DNA of 64,000 nucleotides. It comes from an uncultured Chloroflexia bacterium (lineage in GTDB: Bacteria; Chloroflexota; Limnocylindria; Limnocylindrales; CSP1-4). Shown here piece by piece: positions 19,571 to 28,854 of this stretch. Location: positions 418,465-482,464 of the forward strand of contig CAVSWB010000002.1 of assembly GCA_963731635.1 (NCBI GenBank), written 5' to 3'. The notes below the pieces were generated by a model that saw only the letters and a list, made by a program, of their open reading frames with translations, had not been told where the DNA came from and searched no databases. The translations under genes and the position numbers were made by a program. The stretch's first letter is position 1; each line of letters starts with the position of its first letter.

Positions 19571-20644
19571 ATGCACCAGCGAAACGGCCCTTCCGCAGCC
19601 TCGATCCGGGATGTCGCCCTCAGTGCGAACGTCTCGGCTGCGACCGTTTCGAGAGCCTTTGCCGCGCCCGACCTCGTCCGCCAGGAAACCCTGGCGCGCG
19701 TCCTTGCCGTCGCCGAGGAGTTGCACTACCGGCCGAGCCGGGCGGCGCGAAGCCTCACGACGGGCAAGACCGGCAACATCGGCGTGATCGTGCCGGATCT
19801 GGGGAACCCGTTCTTCCCGGCGATTCTGAAGGGCAGCCAGGCCCGAGCCCGGGAGGCCGACTACGCCGTCTTCCTGGCCGACTCCGATGAAAGCCCCCGG
19901 CTCGAGATCGAGCTGGTGCGTGCGATGTTGAGGCAGGTCGACGGCATCGTGATCTGCTCGTCCCGGCTGGCCGAGGCGCAGCTTCAGCAGCTCCGGAGGG
20001 ACACGACCCTCGTTCTGCTCAACCGCCGGGTGCGCGGCGCGTCTTCCGTCCTGCTCGACAGCGCCGGGGGCATGCGTCAGGCGGTGGAGCACCTCGTCGC
20101 GTTGGGCCACCGGAAGATTGCCTTCGTGAGCGGTCCCGCCGGGTCGTGGTCCAATCGCGAGCGGCGCCGGGGCCTACGGGCGGGCTCGCGGGGAAGGATG
20201 CTCGAGGTCGTCGACTTCGGTCCGTTCGCGCCCGGTTTCGAGGCCGGGCAGCACGCGGCCGACCTGGCAGTAGCGGCCGACGTGACGGCCGTGATCGCCT
20301 ACAACGACCTGATGGCCCTGGGCATTCTCAGTCGACTCGCCGACCGGGGCATCCCCGTGCCGGAGTACATAAGCGTGGTCGGCTTCGACAACATCTCGAT
20401 GGCCGGAATGTCCACTCCCGCGCTTACGACCGTGGCGCTGCCGCTCGAGCAGGCCGGCCGTGTCGCTATCGAGCTGCTGCTTGAGCAGCTTGCCCATCCA
20501 GGGTCGGGCACGCACGAACAGAGCTTGCCGGCCCAGTTGATCGTTCGACCTTCCACAGGACCCCCACGAAGCGGGTCGCGGTCGGACGTGCGGGTTATGC
20601 GTGGAGGGCCCGCCCAGGACACACCGGTCACCGCGGAGAGGTAG
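19571..20644 (+). CDS. LacI-family transcriptional regulator
   Basis: N-terminal HTH ASIRDVALSANVSAATVSRAF followed by a periplasmic-binding-protein-like sugar-binding domain (GNIGVIVPDLGNPFF...AYNDLMALG...VVGFDN). Confidence 0.85.
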   Translation: MHQRNGPSAASIRDVALSANVSAATVSRAFAAPDLVRQETLARVLAVAEELHYRPSRAARSLTTGKTGNIGVIVPDLGNPFFPAILKGSQARAREADYAVFLADSDESPRLEIELVRAMLRQVDGIVICSSRLAEAQLQQLRRDTTLVLLNRRVRGASSVLLDSAGGMRQAVEHLVALGHRKIAFVSGPAGSWSNRERRRGLRAGSRGRMLEVVDFGPFAPGFEAGQHAADLAVAADVTAVIAYNDLMALGILSRLADRGIPVPEYISVVGFDNISMAGMSTPALTTVALPLEQAGRVAIELLLEQLAHPGSGTHEQSLPAQLIVRPSTGPPRSGSRSDVRVMRGGPAQDTPVTAER

Positions 20645-20675
20645 CGGAGAGAGAGCAAGTAGGGAAGGTGAACAG

Positions 20676-21940
20676 ATGAGACTCAGTTCTTGGGACAAGC
20701 GGCTGGGGATCGTCCTGGCCGTGGGAATGGTCGCGTCGGCTTGCGGTACCTCAAGCCCGACGACCACACCGACACCGACAATCGGCCCGTCGGCTACGAC
20801 CGGCGCGAGCAACTCCGCTGCCGCGAGCGGTTCGGCGGCCGCGGCCTCCATGAAGGTTCCGTCCGCGCCCGTCACCCTCAACATCCTCGACGTCGCCGGC
20901 AACCTCCAGCTCACCAAGGGGATGATCGAGAACTTCAAGGCGGCTCATCCCGAGATCGTCAGCAACGTCACCTACTCGACCGCAACCGCGCCGGAGCTTG
21001 CGGGCAAGCTGCAGGCCCAGCAGCAGGGCGGCAACGTTCAGATCAATCTCGTCCTGACCGGCACCGACGGCCTGTCGGCGGGCATCAAGAACAATCTTCT
21101 GACCAAGGTCATTCCTGACCATCAGGACATGTTCCCCGGTCTGATGGACAACTACCTCGCACCGGCGGCCGACATGCAAGGCCTGGCACAGGGATACGGC
21201 ATTGAAGTCGTTTACTACCCGTCCGGCCCGCTAATCGAGTACAACCCGGCCAAGGTCACCACCCCTCCGACCACGCCCGCAGAGCTGCTCGCCTGGGCGA
21301 AGGCTCATCCCGGCAGGTTCGAGTACGCCCGTCCGGCCAACTCCGGCCCGGGCCGCACGTTCCTGATGGCGCTTGCCGTATCTGCTCGGCGACAAGGACT
21401 CCGACCGACCCGGTCAATGGCTGGACCAACACCTGGGCATACCTCAAGGACCTGGGCCAGTACATCAACGTCTATCAGACCGGCACCACCGCGACCATGA
21501 AGGATCTTGCCGCCGGCACCGTCGACATGATCGCCACCACGACCGGTTGGTACATCAACCCGATCATCCTCGGGACCGTCCCGAAGACGACCGCGGTCGG
21601 CAACTTCGCGAACATGACCTGGGTCACTGACGCGCAGTACGTCGTTATCCCGAACGGTGTCTCGGCCGACGTTCTCACCGCGGACCTGGATCTCATCGCC
21701 TGGATGCTCAAGCCCGATCAGCAGGCCATCGCCTACGACAAGGGCTACTTCTATCCGGGCCCGGCAGTCAAGGGCGTCACCCTCGACATGGCTCCGGCCG
21801 ACAGCCAGGCCGCGCTCAAGGGCGTGGTTCCGGCCCAGTTCGACCAGTGGATTGCGCAGTTCCCCAAGGTCACGTCGCTGCCCGCCGACCAGCAGGTCAC
21901 CGCGTTCGACCTGTGGGACCAGAATGTTGGCAAGAAGTAG
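20676..21940 (+). pseudogene. ABC transporter substrate-binding lipoprotein (PotD/AfuA-like, family 1 SBP) with two closely spaced frameshifts (~21375 and ~21420)
   Basis: Lipobox LAVGMVASACG. The protein reads ...GPGRTFLMAL in frame 0, PYLLGDKDSDRP in frame 1, then VNGWTNTWAYLKDLGQYINVYQTGTTATMKDLAAGTVDMIATTTGWY... in frame 2 through to 21940. Both shifts sit at short homopolymer runs. Confidence 0.65.
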
Positions 21941-22017
21941 GCGGATCGTCGCCACCGATCAGGAATTGACCTGTTAGCAAAGGAAACCAGCCGTGCGCGA
22001 CCAACAGCTTCTCTGAA

Positions 22018-23086
22018 TTGCGTCTCGACCGCATCGGCCGCAACTTCGGCGAGCAGGCCGCACTGAGCGATCTCAGTCTGACGATCCGAGGAGGCGAGTT
22101 CATCGCCCTCCTCGGGCCGTCGGGTTGCGGCAAATCGACGGCTCTCAACTGTCTGGCCGGGCTGCTGCCGCTCTCCAGCGGCAGCATCTGGCTCGACGAT
22201 CGAGCGCATCGACGGGCTGGCCCCCGAGCAGCGTGGCTTCGGGATGGTCTTCCAGAACTACGCGCTCTTCCCGCACATGACCGTTCGCGACAACGTCGCT
22301 TTCGGGCTCAAGATGCGCAAGACGCCTCGCCCGGAATTGCGCCGCCGGGTGGACGAGGCAATGGCTCTGGTCCGGCTCGAGGATCAGGCGACCAAGCTGC
22401 CGGCCCAGCTGTCGGGCGGGCAGCAGCAGCGCGTCGCCATCGCCCGCGCGGTTGTCTATGAGCCGCCGCTCGTGCTCATGGACGAGCCGCTATCCAACCT
22501 TGACGCCCAGCTGCGGCTGGCCATGCGGACCGAGATCCGGCGTCTCCATCAAACGCTCGGCCTGACGACGATCTACGTCACGCACGATCAGGAAGAAGCC
22601 CTTTCGATGGCCGACCGCCTGGTCCTGCTCCGCGAGGGCATTGTCCAGCAGGTCGGCACGCCCGACGACGTCTACGCCCATCCAGCCAATCGTTATGTGG
22701 CGGGCTTCATGGGCTATCGGAACATGCTCGAATTCGACCTCGAGAGCGCCTCCGGAGGCTCGGCGGTGCTCGCTTCCAAGGACGTGCGCCTGACCGGCAT
22801 GACGTTCGGGCCGATCGAGTCGAAGCGAGCCGTGGCCGCGATCCGGCCCGAGGACGTGGTCGTGGACGGGCCCGAGCCGAACCGGTTCCAGGTGACCGCC
22901 GAGGTTGTCGAGTATCACGGTCGCGAACTGCTGATCCTGGCTCGGCTGCCCGCCGGCGAACCACTCTACCTGCGGACCGAGAAGCGGTTCGCCGCCGGCG
23001 ACGCCATCGCAGTTTCGGTGCCGCCGGAACGCGTTCTCGTCTACCCGGCCGATGCACCCGCGGCGCCGACGGAGGCAGTCGTATGA
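22018..23086 (+). pseudogene. ABC transporter ATP-binding protein (PotA/FbpC-like, with C-terminal TOBE/MOP-like domain), frameshift near 22210
   Basis: Walker A GPSGCGKST, then a frame switch. The expected IWLDDRRIDGLAPEQRGFGMVFQNYALFPH is restored by deleting one base in gatcgaGcgcatc. Downstream: LSGGQQQRVAIARA, VLMDEPLSNLDAQLR, YVTHDQEEA. Confidence 0.7.
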
Positions 23087-24000
23087 CGGCCGCGTCTGGC
23101 CTGGCGCCGCGCCCGGCGGCCGCGGGACGCTCGCTCAAGCACCGCCTTGCCGATCGCGGCATCGACCGCGTGCTGCTCTTGCTCCTGCCCGGCGTCCTGT
23201 TTCTGGTGCTGCTCTTCGTGTACCCGTTCCTTTACGGGCTGCAGCTGTCATTCGCCCCCCAAGGCGGTGGCGGACCGCTCGCGAACTATCAGACTTTCTT
23301 CTCGGACCCGTACCTGCGCGACACCATCTGGACAACCCTCAGTCTCGGCGTACCGGCAGCGCTTCTCAACGTGCTGGTCTCCGTGCCGATCGCGTACCGG
23401 ATGCGCGGCGCGTTTCGCGGCAAGCGGACCCTCACCACGCTGCTGGTGGTCCCGATCGCCCTCGGCACGGTCCTCACGGCCGAAGGCCTCATCGAGTTCC
23501 TCGGCCCCTCGGGCTGGCTCAACAAATTCCTGAAGGACTTCGGTCTCGTCGACCAGCCGGTCCTGCTGGTCCACAACTACTGGGGCGTCTTCTTCTCGCT
23601 GGTGATCACGGGCTTCCCGTTCGCGTTCCTGCTCGTGCTCTCGTACCTCTCGGGTATCGATCCGAACCTCGAGCGGGCGGCCTCGGTGATGGGAGCCGGT
23701 TGGGTGCAGCGGTTCCGCCGTATCACCTTCCCGCTGCTCGTCCCGGGTCTGGCCATCACCTTCTGCCTGTCGTTCGTGCTCGCCTTCTCGGTCTTCCCCT
23801 CGGCCAACCTTGTCGGTGATCCGTCCGGCACTACGCGCGTGATATCGATCGCGGCGTACCACGCTGCCTTCGAGCAGTTCGATTATTCGATGGGTTCGAC
23901 GATCTCCATGATCATGGGCGCAGTCATGCTCGGGATTATTGCCATCGTCCTGGGCTGGCGAAGCACGCTCTTCCGAGGAGCCACCGGAGGTAAGGGCTGA
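23083..24000 (+). CDS. ABC transporter permease (PotB-like)
   Basis: Six-TM permease with the ABC inner-membrane EAA-like region (ERAASVMGAGWVQRFRRITFPLLVPG). Coupled to the flanking genes. Confidence 0.8.
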   Translation: MTAASGLAPRPAAAGRSLKHRLADRGIDRVLLLLLPGVLFLVLLFVYPFLYGLQLSFAPQGGGGPLANYQTFFSDPYLRDTIWTTLSLGVPAALLNVLVSVPIAYRMRGAFRGKRTLTTLLVVPIALGTVLTAEGLIEFLGPSGWLNKFLKDFGLVDQPVLLVHNYWGVFFSLVITGFPFAFLLVLSYLSGIDPNLERAASVMGAGWVQRFRRITFPLLVPGLAITFCLSFVLAFSVFPSANLVGDPSGTTRVISIAAYHAAFEQFDYSMGSTISMIMGAVMLGIIAIVLGWRSTLFRGATGGKG

Positions 24001-24875
24001 TGGCCGCCGCGATGAATGCTCCCACCACTGCCGCGCCGCGCGCTTCGAGGCGGAGCTTCCGGCCGTCGAACATCGGGGGCTGGGTGGTCTGGGGCCTGGT
24101 CGCTTTCTTCTTCATCAACCTCGCGGGTCTGATCTCCACAGTCGTCCTCTCGTCGTTCGCGACCACGTGGTTCGGGTCCTGGATCCCCGACGGCTTCACG
24201 ACCCACTGGTACGGCGACGCCTGGGCCGAGTTCGATCTGTCCGACGTGCTCACGGTCACGGCCCAGGTGGCAATCACAGTCGTGGTCGTGTCCGCCCTCA
24301 TCGGCGTTCCGGCAGCCTATGCGCTGGCTCGGCGCAACTTCCCCGGCAAAGCCCTGATTACGGTCCTCTTCCTGCTGCCGATTCTCATTCCGCCGATCAC
24401 CTACGGCATCCCCCTCGCGACCGTGCTCTACAAGGTGCACCTGGCCGGCAGCCTGTCCGGCGTGATCGTGGCGAACCTGGTACCGACGGTGCCGTTCGTT
24501 GTCCTGGTCATGATTCCCTTCATCGAACAGATAGACCCGAAGATCGAGGCGGCGGCGCGGATGTGCGGCGCGGGCACTTTCACGGTCTTCACGCGCATCC
24601 TCGGGCCGCTCCTGGTGCCCGGCATTCTCGCCGCGGCGATCCTGGTACTCGTCCGGACGGTCGGCATGTTCGAGTTGACCTTCCTGACGTCGGGCCCGAC
24701 AAGCTCGACGCTCGTCGTGGTCCTGTATTCGGCGGTGTTCGGAGCCGGCATCAGGGCTCCACAAGAAGTCGACGCGATGGCGGTCGTCTATACAGCCTCG
24801 ATGATGGTGCTGCTCGTGATCGCCCTGCGCTTTGTCAATCCGACTCAGCTGGTAACGCGCGTAGGAAACCGCTGA
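24000..24875 (+). CDS. ABC transporter permease (PotC-like)
   Basis: Polytopic permease with EAA-like loop EAAARMCGAGTFTVFTRILGPLLVPG. ATGA overlap with the upstream permease. Confidence 0.8.
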   Translation: MAAAMNAPTTAAPRASRRSFRPSNIGGWVVWGLVAFFFINLAGLISTVVLSSFATTWFGSWIPDGFTTHWYGDAWAEFDLSDVLTVTAQVAITVVVVSALIGVPAAYALARRNFPGKALITVLFLLPILIPPITYGIPLATVLYKVHLAGSLSGVIVANLVPTVPFVVLVMIPFIEQIDPKIEAAARMCGAGTFTVFTRILGPLLVPGILAAAILVLVRTVGMFELTFLTSGPTSSTLVVVLYSAVFGAGIRAPQEVDAMAVVYTASMMVLLVIALRFVNPTQLVTRVGNR

Positions 24876-24962
24876 GTCGAGCCACCCCCGGCCTCGTCCG
24901 CCGGCGTAGCGGACTGAGGCGCGCTCTGTTCGAGCGCGTCCGGCGAAACCGAAAGGATTGTC

Positions 24963-25715
24963 ATGACCCGAACCGTCGTTGCCCCCGAGCGGCCGGGCGA
25001 CCTGATTGGACTCGCTATTGCCGACCTCGAACCCGGTCAGTCGTTCGAGTCGCCGGGCGATCTCGAAACCGTGGTCGTCGTACTCGGCGGCGTTGTGGAC
25101 GTCGAAGCGAACGGCGAATCGCTCGGGTCGGCCGGGGGACGAGCGTCCGTCTTCGAGGGCCCCGGTCACGCCGTCTACGCTCCTCCAGGCACGCGGCTCC
25201 GACTGAAGGCCACGACCTCAGCTCAGCTCGCCATTGCCACGGCACCCGCCGGCGGATCGTCGCCGGCCGGCGCGCGCGTAATCGGGCCCGGGGACCAGCG
25301 CCTTGCGGACGTTGGCAAAGGGAATTGGGCTCGCACCGTTCGAACCATCCTCGGCCCCGAGCACGCCGCCGGCAGGCTCCTGCTGGGTGAGACGATCAAC
25401 CCGCCGGGCAACTGGTCTTCGTACCCGCCACACCGGCACGATCGCGAGACGCCCGGCGAGGAGGTCAGGCTCGAGGAGGTCTACCTGTTCAAGGTCGATC
25501 CGCCAGAGGGTTTCGGGGTTCAGATCCGTTATGACGAGGCCGCCACCGAAGCCTTCACCGTTCGGGACGGCGACGCGGCAGTCATCCGCACCGGCTACCA
25601 CCCGGTCGTGGCGGCGCCGGGTTACTCCCTCTACTACCTGTGGGTCATGGCCGGCGAAGGCCGAGAAATGATCCCTCACTTCGACCCGGCCCACGCCTGG
25701 GTTCAGAAGTCATGA
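24963..25715 (+). CDS. KduI/IolB-family cupin sugar-acid isomerase (5-deoxy-glucuronate isomerase IolB-like)
   Basis: GNWSSYPPHRHDRETPGEEVRLEEVYLFKVDPPEGFGVQIRYDE...VIRTGYHPVVAAPGYSLYYLWVMAGEGREMIPHFDPAHAWV matches B. subtilis IolB nearly motif-for-motif from memory (GNWSSYPPHKHDQDN...EETYYHELDPGQGFVFQRVY...VPAGYHPVGVPDGYTSYYLNVMAG...HNDPAHEWI). Confidence 0.7.
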   Translation: MTRTVVAPERPGDLIGLAIADLEPGQSFESPGDLETVVVVLGGVVDVEANGESLGSAGGRASVFEGPGHAVYAPPGTRLRLKATTSAQLAIATAPAGGSSPAGARVIGPGDQRLADVGKGNWARTVRTILGPEHAAGRLLLGETINPPGNWSSYPPHRHDRETPGEEVRLEEVYLFKVDPPEGFGVQIRYDEAATEAFTVRDGDAAVIRTGYHPVVAAPGYSLYYLWVMAGEGREMIPHFDPAHAWVQKS

Positions 25716-27247
25716 GCACGCAGCAAGGCTCGACGGAGTCGAGCGAGGCCATCTCGATCCTCCGGCAGGCGGGTGCCCTGGAGGACTCGCTCACGAGCAT
25801 CGAAGGCGGCGGGGCGGGGATCCGGGCCGAAAACCGGGGCTGGGAGATCCTCTTCTGGGCTCCATCGGGACAGCCGGTGCCGGGTGGCATGACGGGCCAA
25901 TCGTCAGAGCTCGGCGGCGGGACGCTGCTCACCGGGGATCCGGACCATGCGAACGCGACCGCTTTGCGCGGTCTCATGCCGTGGCTCCAGCCGCGCACCG
26001 TCGGCGCGGTCACCTCGGTTGGGGTCGGCGACCGGCTGGGCATCGCGACCGTGGGCCATATCGCCGCCTTCCGCGACAATCCGGGAATCGTCCCGGTCCT
26101 GGCTCAGCAGTCCGCTCGCGAGCTTGCGCGGACCGGCCGATCCTTTCGCGATGTAGTCGACGCGGCCACCTTCGGGGCGCTCGCCGCCGGCTGGCGCGAC
26201 GGCTACGGCGCCGATGCCGATCACCTCAAGACCGTCGACGACATCGATGCGGGCCTCGACGCGGGCTGCACCCTGTTCACGGCCGATCCGGGCGACTTCG
26301 TCGTCGACCTGCCGCCAGACGCGCCGCAGGCGGCGATCGAAGCCGCATTCGCTGCGGTGCCTTGGGCCGCTCTCGAAGATGACCCGACCACCTTCGGGCG
26401 GCGCTATCCGGCCCGGCTGGATCTGGATTCGGGCTCGCTCGAGCTTCCCCCGGCAGCCCTCCGGGCCGCCGCCGCGCGATTTGGGCCGGCCGTCGTCCAG
26501 GTGGTGTCAATGTACCGGCACCTGGCCTCAAAGCGCGCCGCCGGCTCGTTCGAGTTCGAGGTGGCAGCCGATGAGATAGAGAACCCCACGACTCTCATCG
26601 GCCATGTGTACGTCGCGACCGAGTTGCGCCGGCTCGGCGTTGACTGGGTGAGCCTCGCCCCCAAGTTCGTGGGCGAATTCGAGAAGGGCATCGACTATCT
26701 CGGAGACCAGGCCGAGTTCGCGGCCGACGTGGAACTCCACGCCGCCATTGCCCGGCGCCTCGGCGACTACAAACTGAGCATTCACTCGGGTTCGGACAAG
26801 TACTCCATCTACGACGCGATCGCCCGTGGGACTCACGATCGGGTCCATCTCAAGACGTCCGGCACGAGCTATCTCGTGGCTCTCGAGACGATCGCGGCCG
26901 CCGAGCCCGAACTCATGCGCCGGATCTGGCGGGTGGCTCTCGGGGCTTATACGGCAGCGAGGGCGACCTATCACGTCTCGGCCAACCCGGCCGGCGCGAC
27001 TTCGCCGGAAGGAGCCTCCGCCGCGGCGCTGGCTGGTCTTCTCAGCGATCCCAACACGCGCGAAATCCTCCATGTCACCTACGGCGCGGTGCTTCACGAC
27101 GATGCCGTGCTCGGCAACGACGTTCGCGCGGCCATCTGGTCGAGGCGCGAGCATTACTGGGCCAACCTCGAAGCCCACATCGGTCGCCACTTGCGGCCGT
27201 TCTCACGGGCCGCCGCACGGGCAGCCGCGAAAGGAGACTCTCGATGA
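25712..27247 (+). CDS. UxaE-like tagaturonate/fructuronate epimerase family protein (assignment tentative)
   Basis: Blocks GADADHLKTVDDIDAGLDAGCTLFTADPGD, LAPKFVGEFEKGIDYLGD, HAAIARRLGDYKLSIHSGSDKYS, HLKTSGTSYLVALE and ILHVTYGAVL resemble recalled Thermotoga UxaE motifs (ADADHVKT, LAPKFPGQFQK, SVHSGSDKFS, HLKTAGTSFLEA, VLHITYGSVL). ATG at 25712 overlaps the upstream stop (ATGA). Confidence 0.5.
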   Translation: MSTQQGSTESSEAISILRQAGALEDSLTSIEGGGAGIRAENRGWEILFWAPSGQPVPGGMTGQSSELGGGTLLTGDPDHANATALRGLMPWLQPRTVGAVTSVGVGDRLGIATVGHIAAFRDNPGIVPVLAQQSARELARTGRSFRDVVDAATFGALAAGWRDGYGADADHLKTVDDIDAGLDAGCTLFTADPGDFVVDLPPDAPQAAIEAAFAAVPWAALEDDPTTFGRRYPARLDLDSGSLELPPAALRAAAARFGPAVVQVVSMYRHLASKRAAGSFEFEVAADEIENPTTLIGHVYVATELRRLGVDWVSLAPKFVGEFEKGIDYLGDQAEFAADVELHAAIARRLGDYKLSIHSGSDKYSIYDAIARGTHDRVHLKTSGTSYLVALETIAAAEPELMRRIWRVALGAYTAARATYHVSANPAGATSPEGASAAALAGLLSDPNTREILHVTYGAVLHDDAVLGNDVRAAIWSRREHYWANLEAHIGRHLRPFSRAAARAAAKGDSR

Positions 27248-28047
27248 GCAACCTCCAAGCTGCCGGCTCGGCCTCGGGTATCGGCCTCTTCGACCTCACC
27301 GGCCGGGTGGCCGCGGTTGTCGGCGGCGCCGGCGTCCTCGGCGGCACGGTTTGCCACGGCTTCGGCGATGCCGGGGCCGCGATCGCGGTGCTCGATCGCT
27401 CGCAGGAGCGCGCCGACGAACTGGTGGCGGCGCTCAAGGCCAAGGGCGTCAGGGCGGCCGCCTTCGTGTTGGATGCCTCGGATCAGGCGTCTGTCGAGGC
27501 GGCGCACAAGGCGGTCGAGGCGGCGCTCGGCCCGGTCGACATCCTCGTCAATGCCGTCGGCATCAACAGCGGGACGCCCTTCTTCGAACTCGGGCTGGAG
27601 GAGTGGAACCGCGTTCTCCAGGTGAACCTGACCTCGTGCCTGCTGGCTTGCCAGATCTTCGGCAAGGCCATGGTCGATCGCGGGCAGGGCGGGTCGATCA
27701 TCAACTTCTCGTCGGCGTCCTCGGAAGTGCCGCTCTCACGCGTGCTGACGTATTCGGTGTCCAAGGCCGGGATCAACATCCTGACGCGCTACCTGGCGCG
27801 CGAGCTGGCGCCACACAAGATCCGGGTCAACGCCATCGTGCCGGGGTTCTTCCCGGCCGAGCAAAATCGCAAGCTGCTCGATGACGCCCGGATCGAGTCG
27901 ATCATCCGCCACACCCCGGCCGGCCGGCTCGGCGAGGCCGAGGAGCTGGTCGGAACCATGATCTGGCTCGCCTCGGACCGCGCCTCCGGCTTCGTGACGG
28001 GGTCCCTCGTCCGCGTGGACGGCGGCTTCAGCGCGATGACAATCTGA
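27244..28047 (+). CDS. Short-chain dehydrogenase/reductase (UxuB/KduD-like sugar-acid oxidoreductase)
   Basis: Gly-rich NAD(P) motif VVGGAGVLGGTV, NAVG, catalytic S...YSVSKAG triad, PG motif. Coupled to the UxaE-like gene. Confidence 0.8.
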   Translation: MSNLQAAGSASGIGLFDLTGRVAAVVGGAGVLGGTVCHGFGDAGAAIAVLDRSQERADELVAALKAKGVRAAAFVLDASDQASVEAAHKAVEAALGPVDILVNAVGINSGTPFFELGLEEWNRVLQVNLTSCLLACQIFGKAMVDRGQGGSIINFSSASSEVPLSRVLTYSVSKAGINILTRYLARELAPHKIRVNAIVPGFFPAEQNRKLLDDARIESIIRHTPAGRLGEAEELVGTMIWLASDRASGFVTGSLVRVDGGFSAMTI

Positions 28048-28077
28048 GCCCGGGAGCCGGCGCTCCGCCGAGAGGCG

Positions 28078-28854
28078 TCAGCCCACCCGGCCCCGAGCGA
28101 TGAGCGCTCCGACCGTGCCCGCCCCAACGCCGTCGTCCACTCCCACGATGGCCACTCCGGGCGCGCACGACGAGATCATCGCCAGCAGCGCGCTCAATCC
28201 GCCGAAGGTCGAACCGTAGCCCACGCTCGTCGGACAGGCGATTACCGGTACACGTGCCAGCCCGCCGACGACGCTGGCCAGCGCCGCGTCCATGCCCGCC
28301 ACGACGACGATCGCGTCGGCTCGCTCGATTTGGGGCTCTTCGGCGAGAAGTCGGTGAAGCCCGGCGACGCCGACATCTGCGATCACGTGGACCTCGGCTC
28401 CCAGGAGCCGGGCGACTTGAGCGGCCTCGTCGGCTACCGGCAGGTCCGAGGTTCCGGCAGTGAGTACCAGGAGCCGCCCCCGAACTTCCGGGACCGCCCG
28501 GGGAATAGCCAGCAGACCCGGACGCTCGTGCCATTCGGTCTGCAGGCCTCGCGCCTGCGCCAGAACCTGGATAGCGCCGGCTTGCTCGGCCGTGACGCGT
28601 GTCACGACCACGCTGGATTCGTCCTGATCCAGCTGCGATTCGACGATTGCCAAGAGCTGATCGAGCGTCTTGCCGGGGGCATAGACGAACTCCACGATGC
28701 CCTGACGAATGCCGCGGTGGTGATCGACGCGGGCGAAGCCGAGGTCGCCGAACGGCAGCCGGCGCAGCGATTCGAGCGCCTCTGAGACCGGCACCGTGCC
28801 CTTGGAAACCCCCAGCAAGAGATCCTCCAGGCCGGAGGCGTAGACGTCAGGCAC
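28078..28854 (-). CDS. larB: LarB, pyridinium-3,5-biscarboxylic acid mononucleotide synthase (PurE-like NPN biosynthesis carboxylase)
   Basis: C-terminal PurE-like fold (LVLTAGTSDLPVADEAAQVARLLGAEVHVIADVGVAGLHRL...VVVAGMDAALASVVGGLARVPVIACPTSVGYG). The N-terminal LarB-specific domain is present. Start trimmed to a GTG near 28854 to avoid a 100-bp overlap with larE. Confidence 0.65.
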   Translation of the reverse strand: MPDVYASGLEDLLLGVSKGTVPVSEALESLRRLPFGDLGFARVDHHRGIRQGIVEFVYAPGKTLDQLLAIVESQLDQDESSVVVTRVTAEQAGAIQVLAQARGLQTEWHERPGLLAIPRAVPEVRGRLLVLTAGTSDLPVADEAAQVARLLGAEVHVIADVGVAGLHRLLAEEPQIERADAIVVVAGMDAALASVVGGLARVPVIACPTSVGYGSTFGGLSALLAMISSCAPGVAIVGVDDGVGAGTVGALIARGRVG

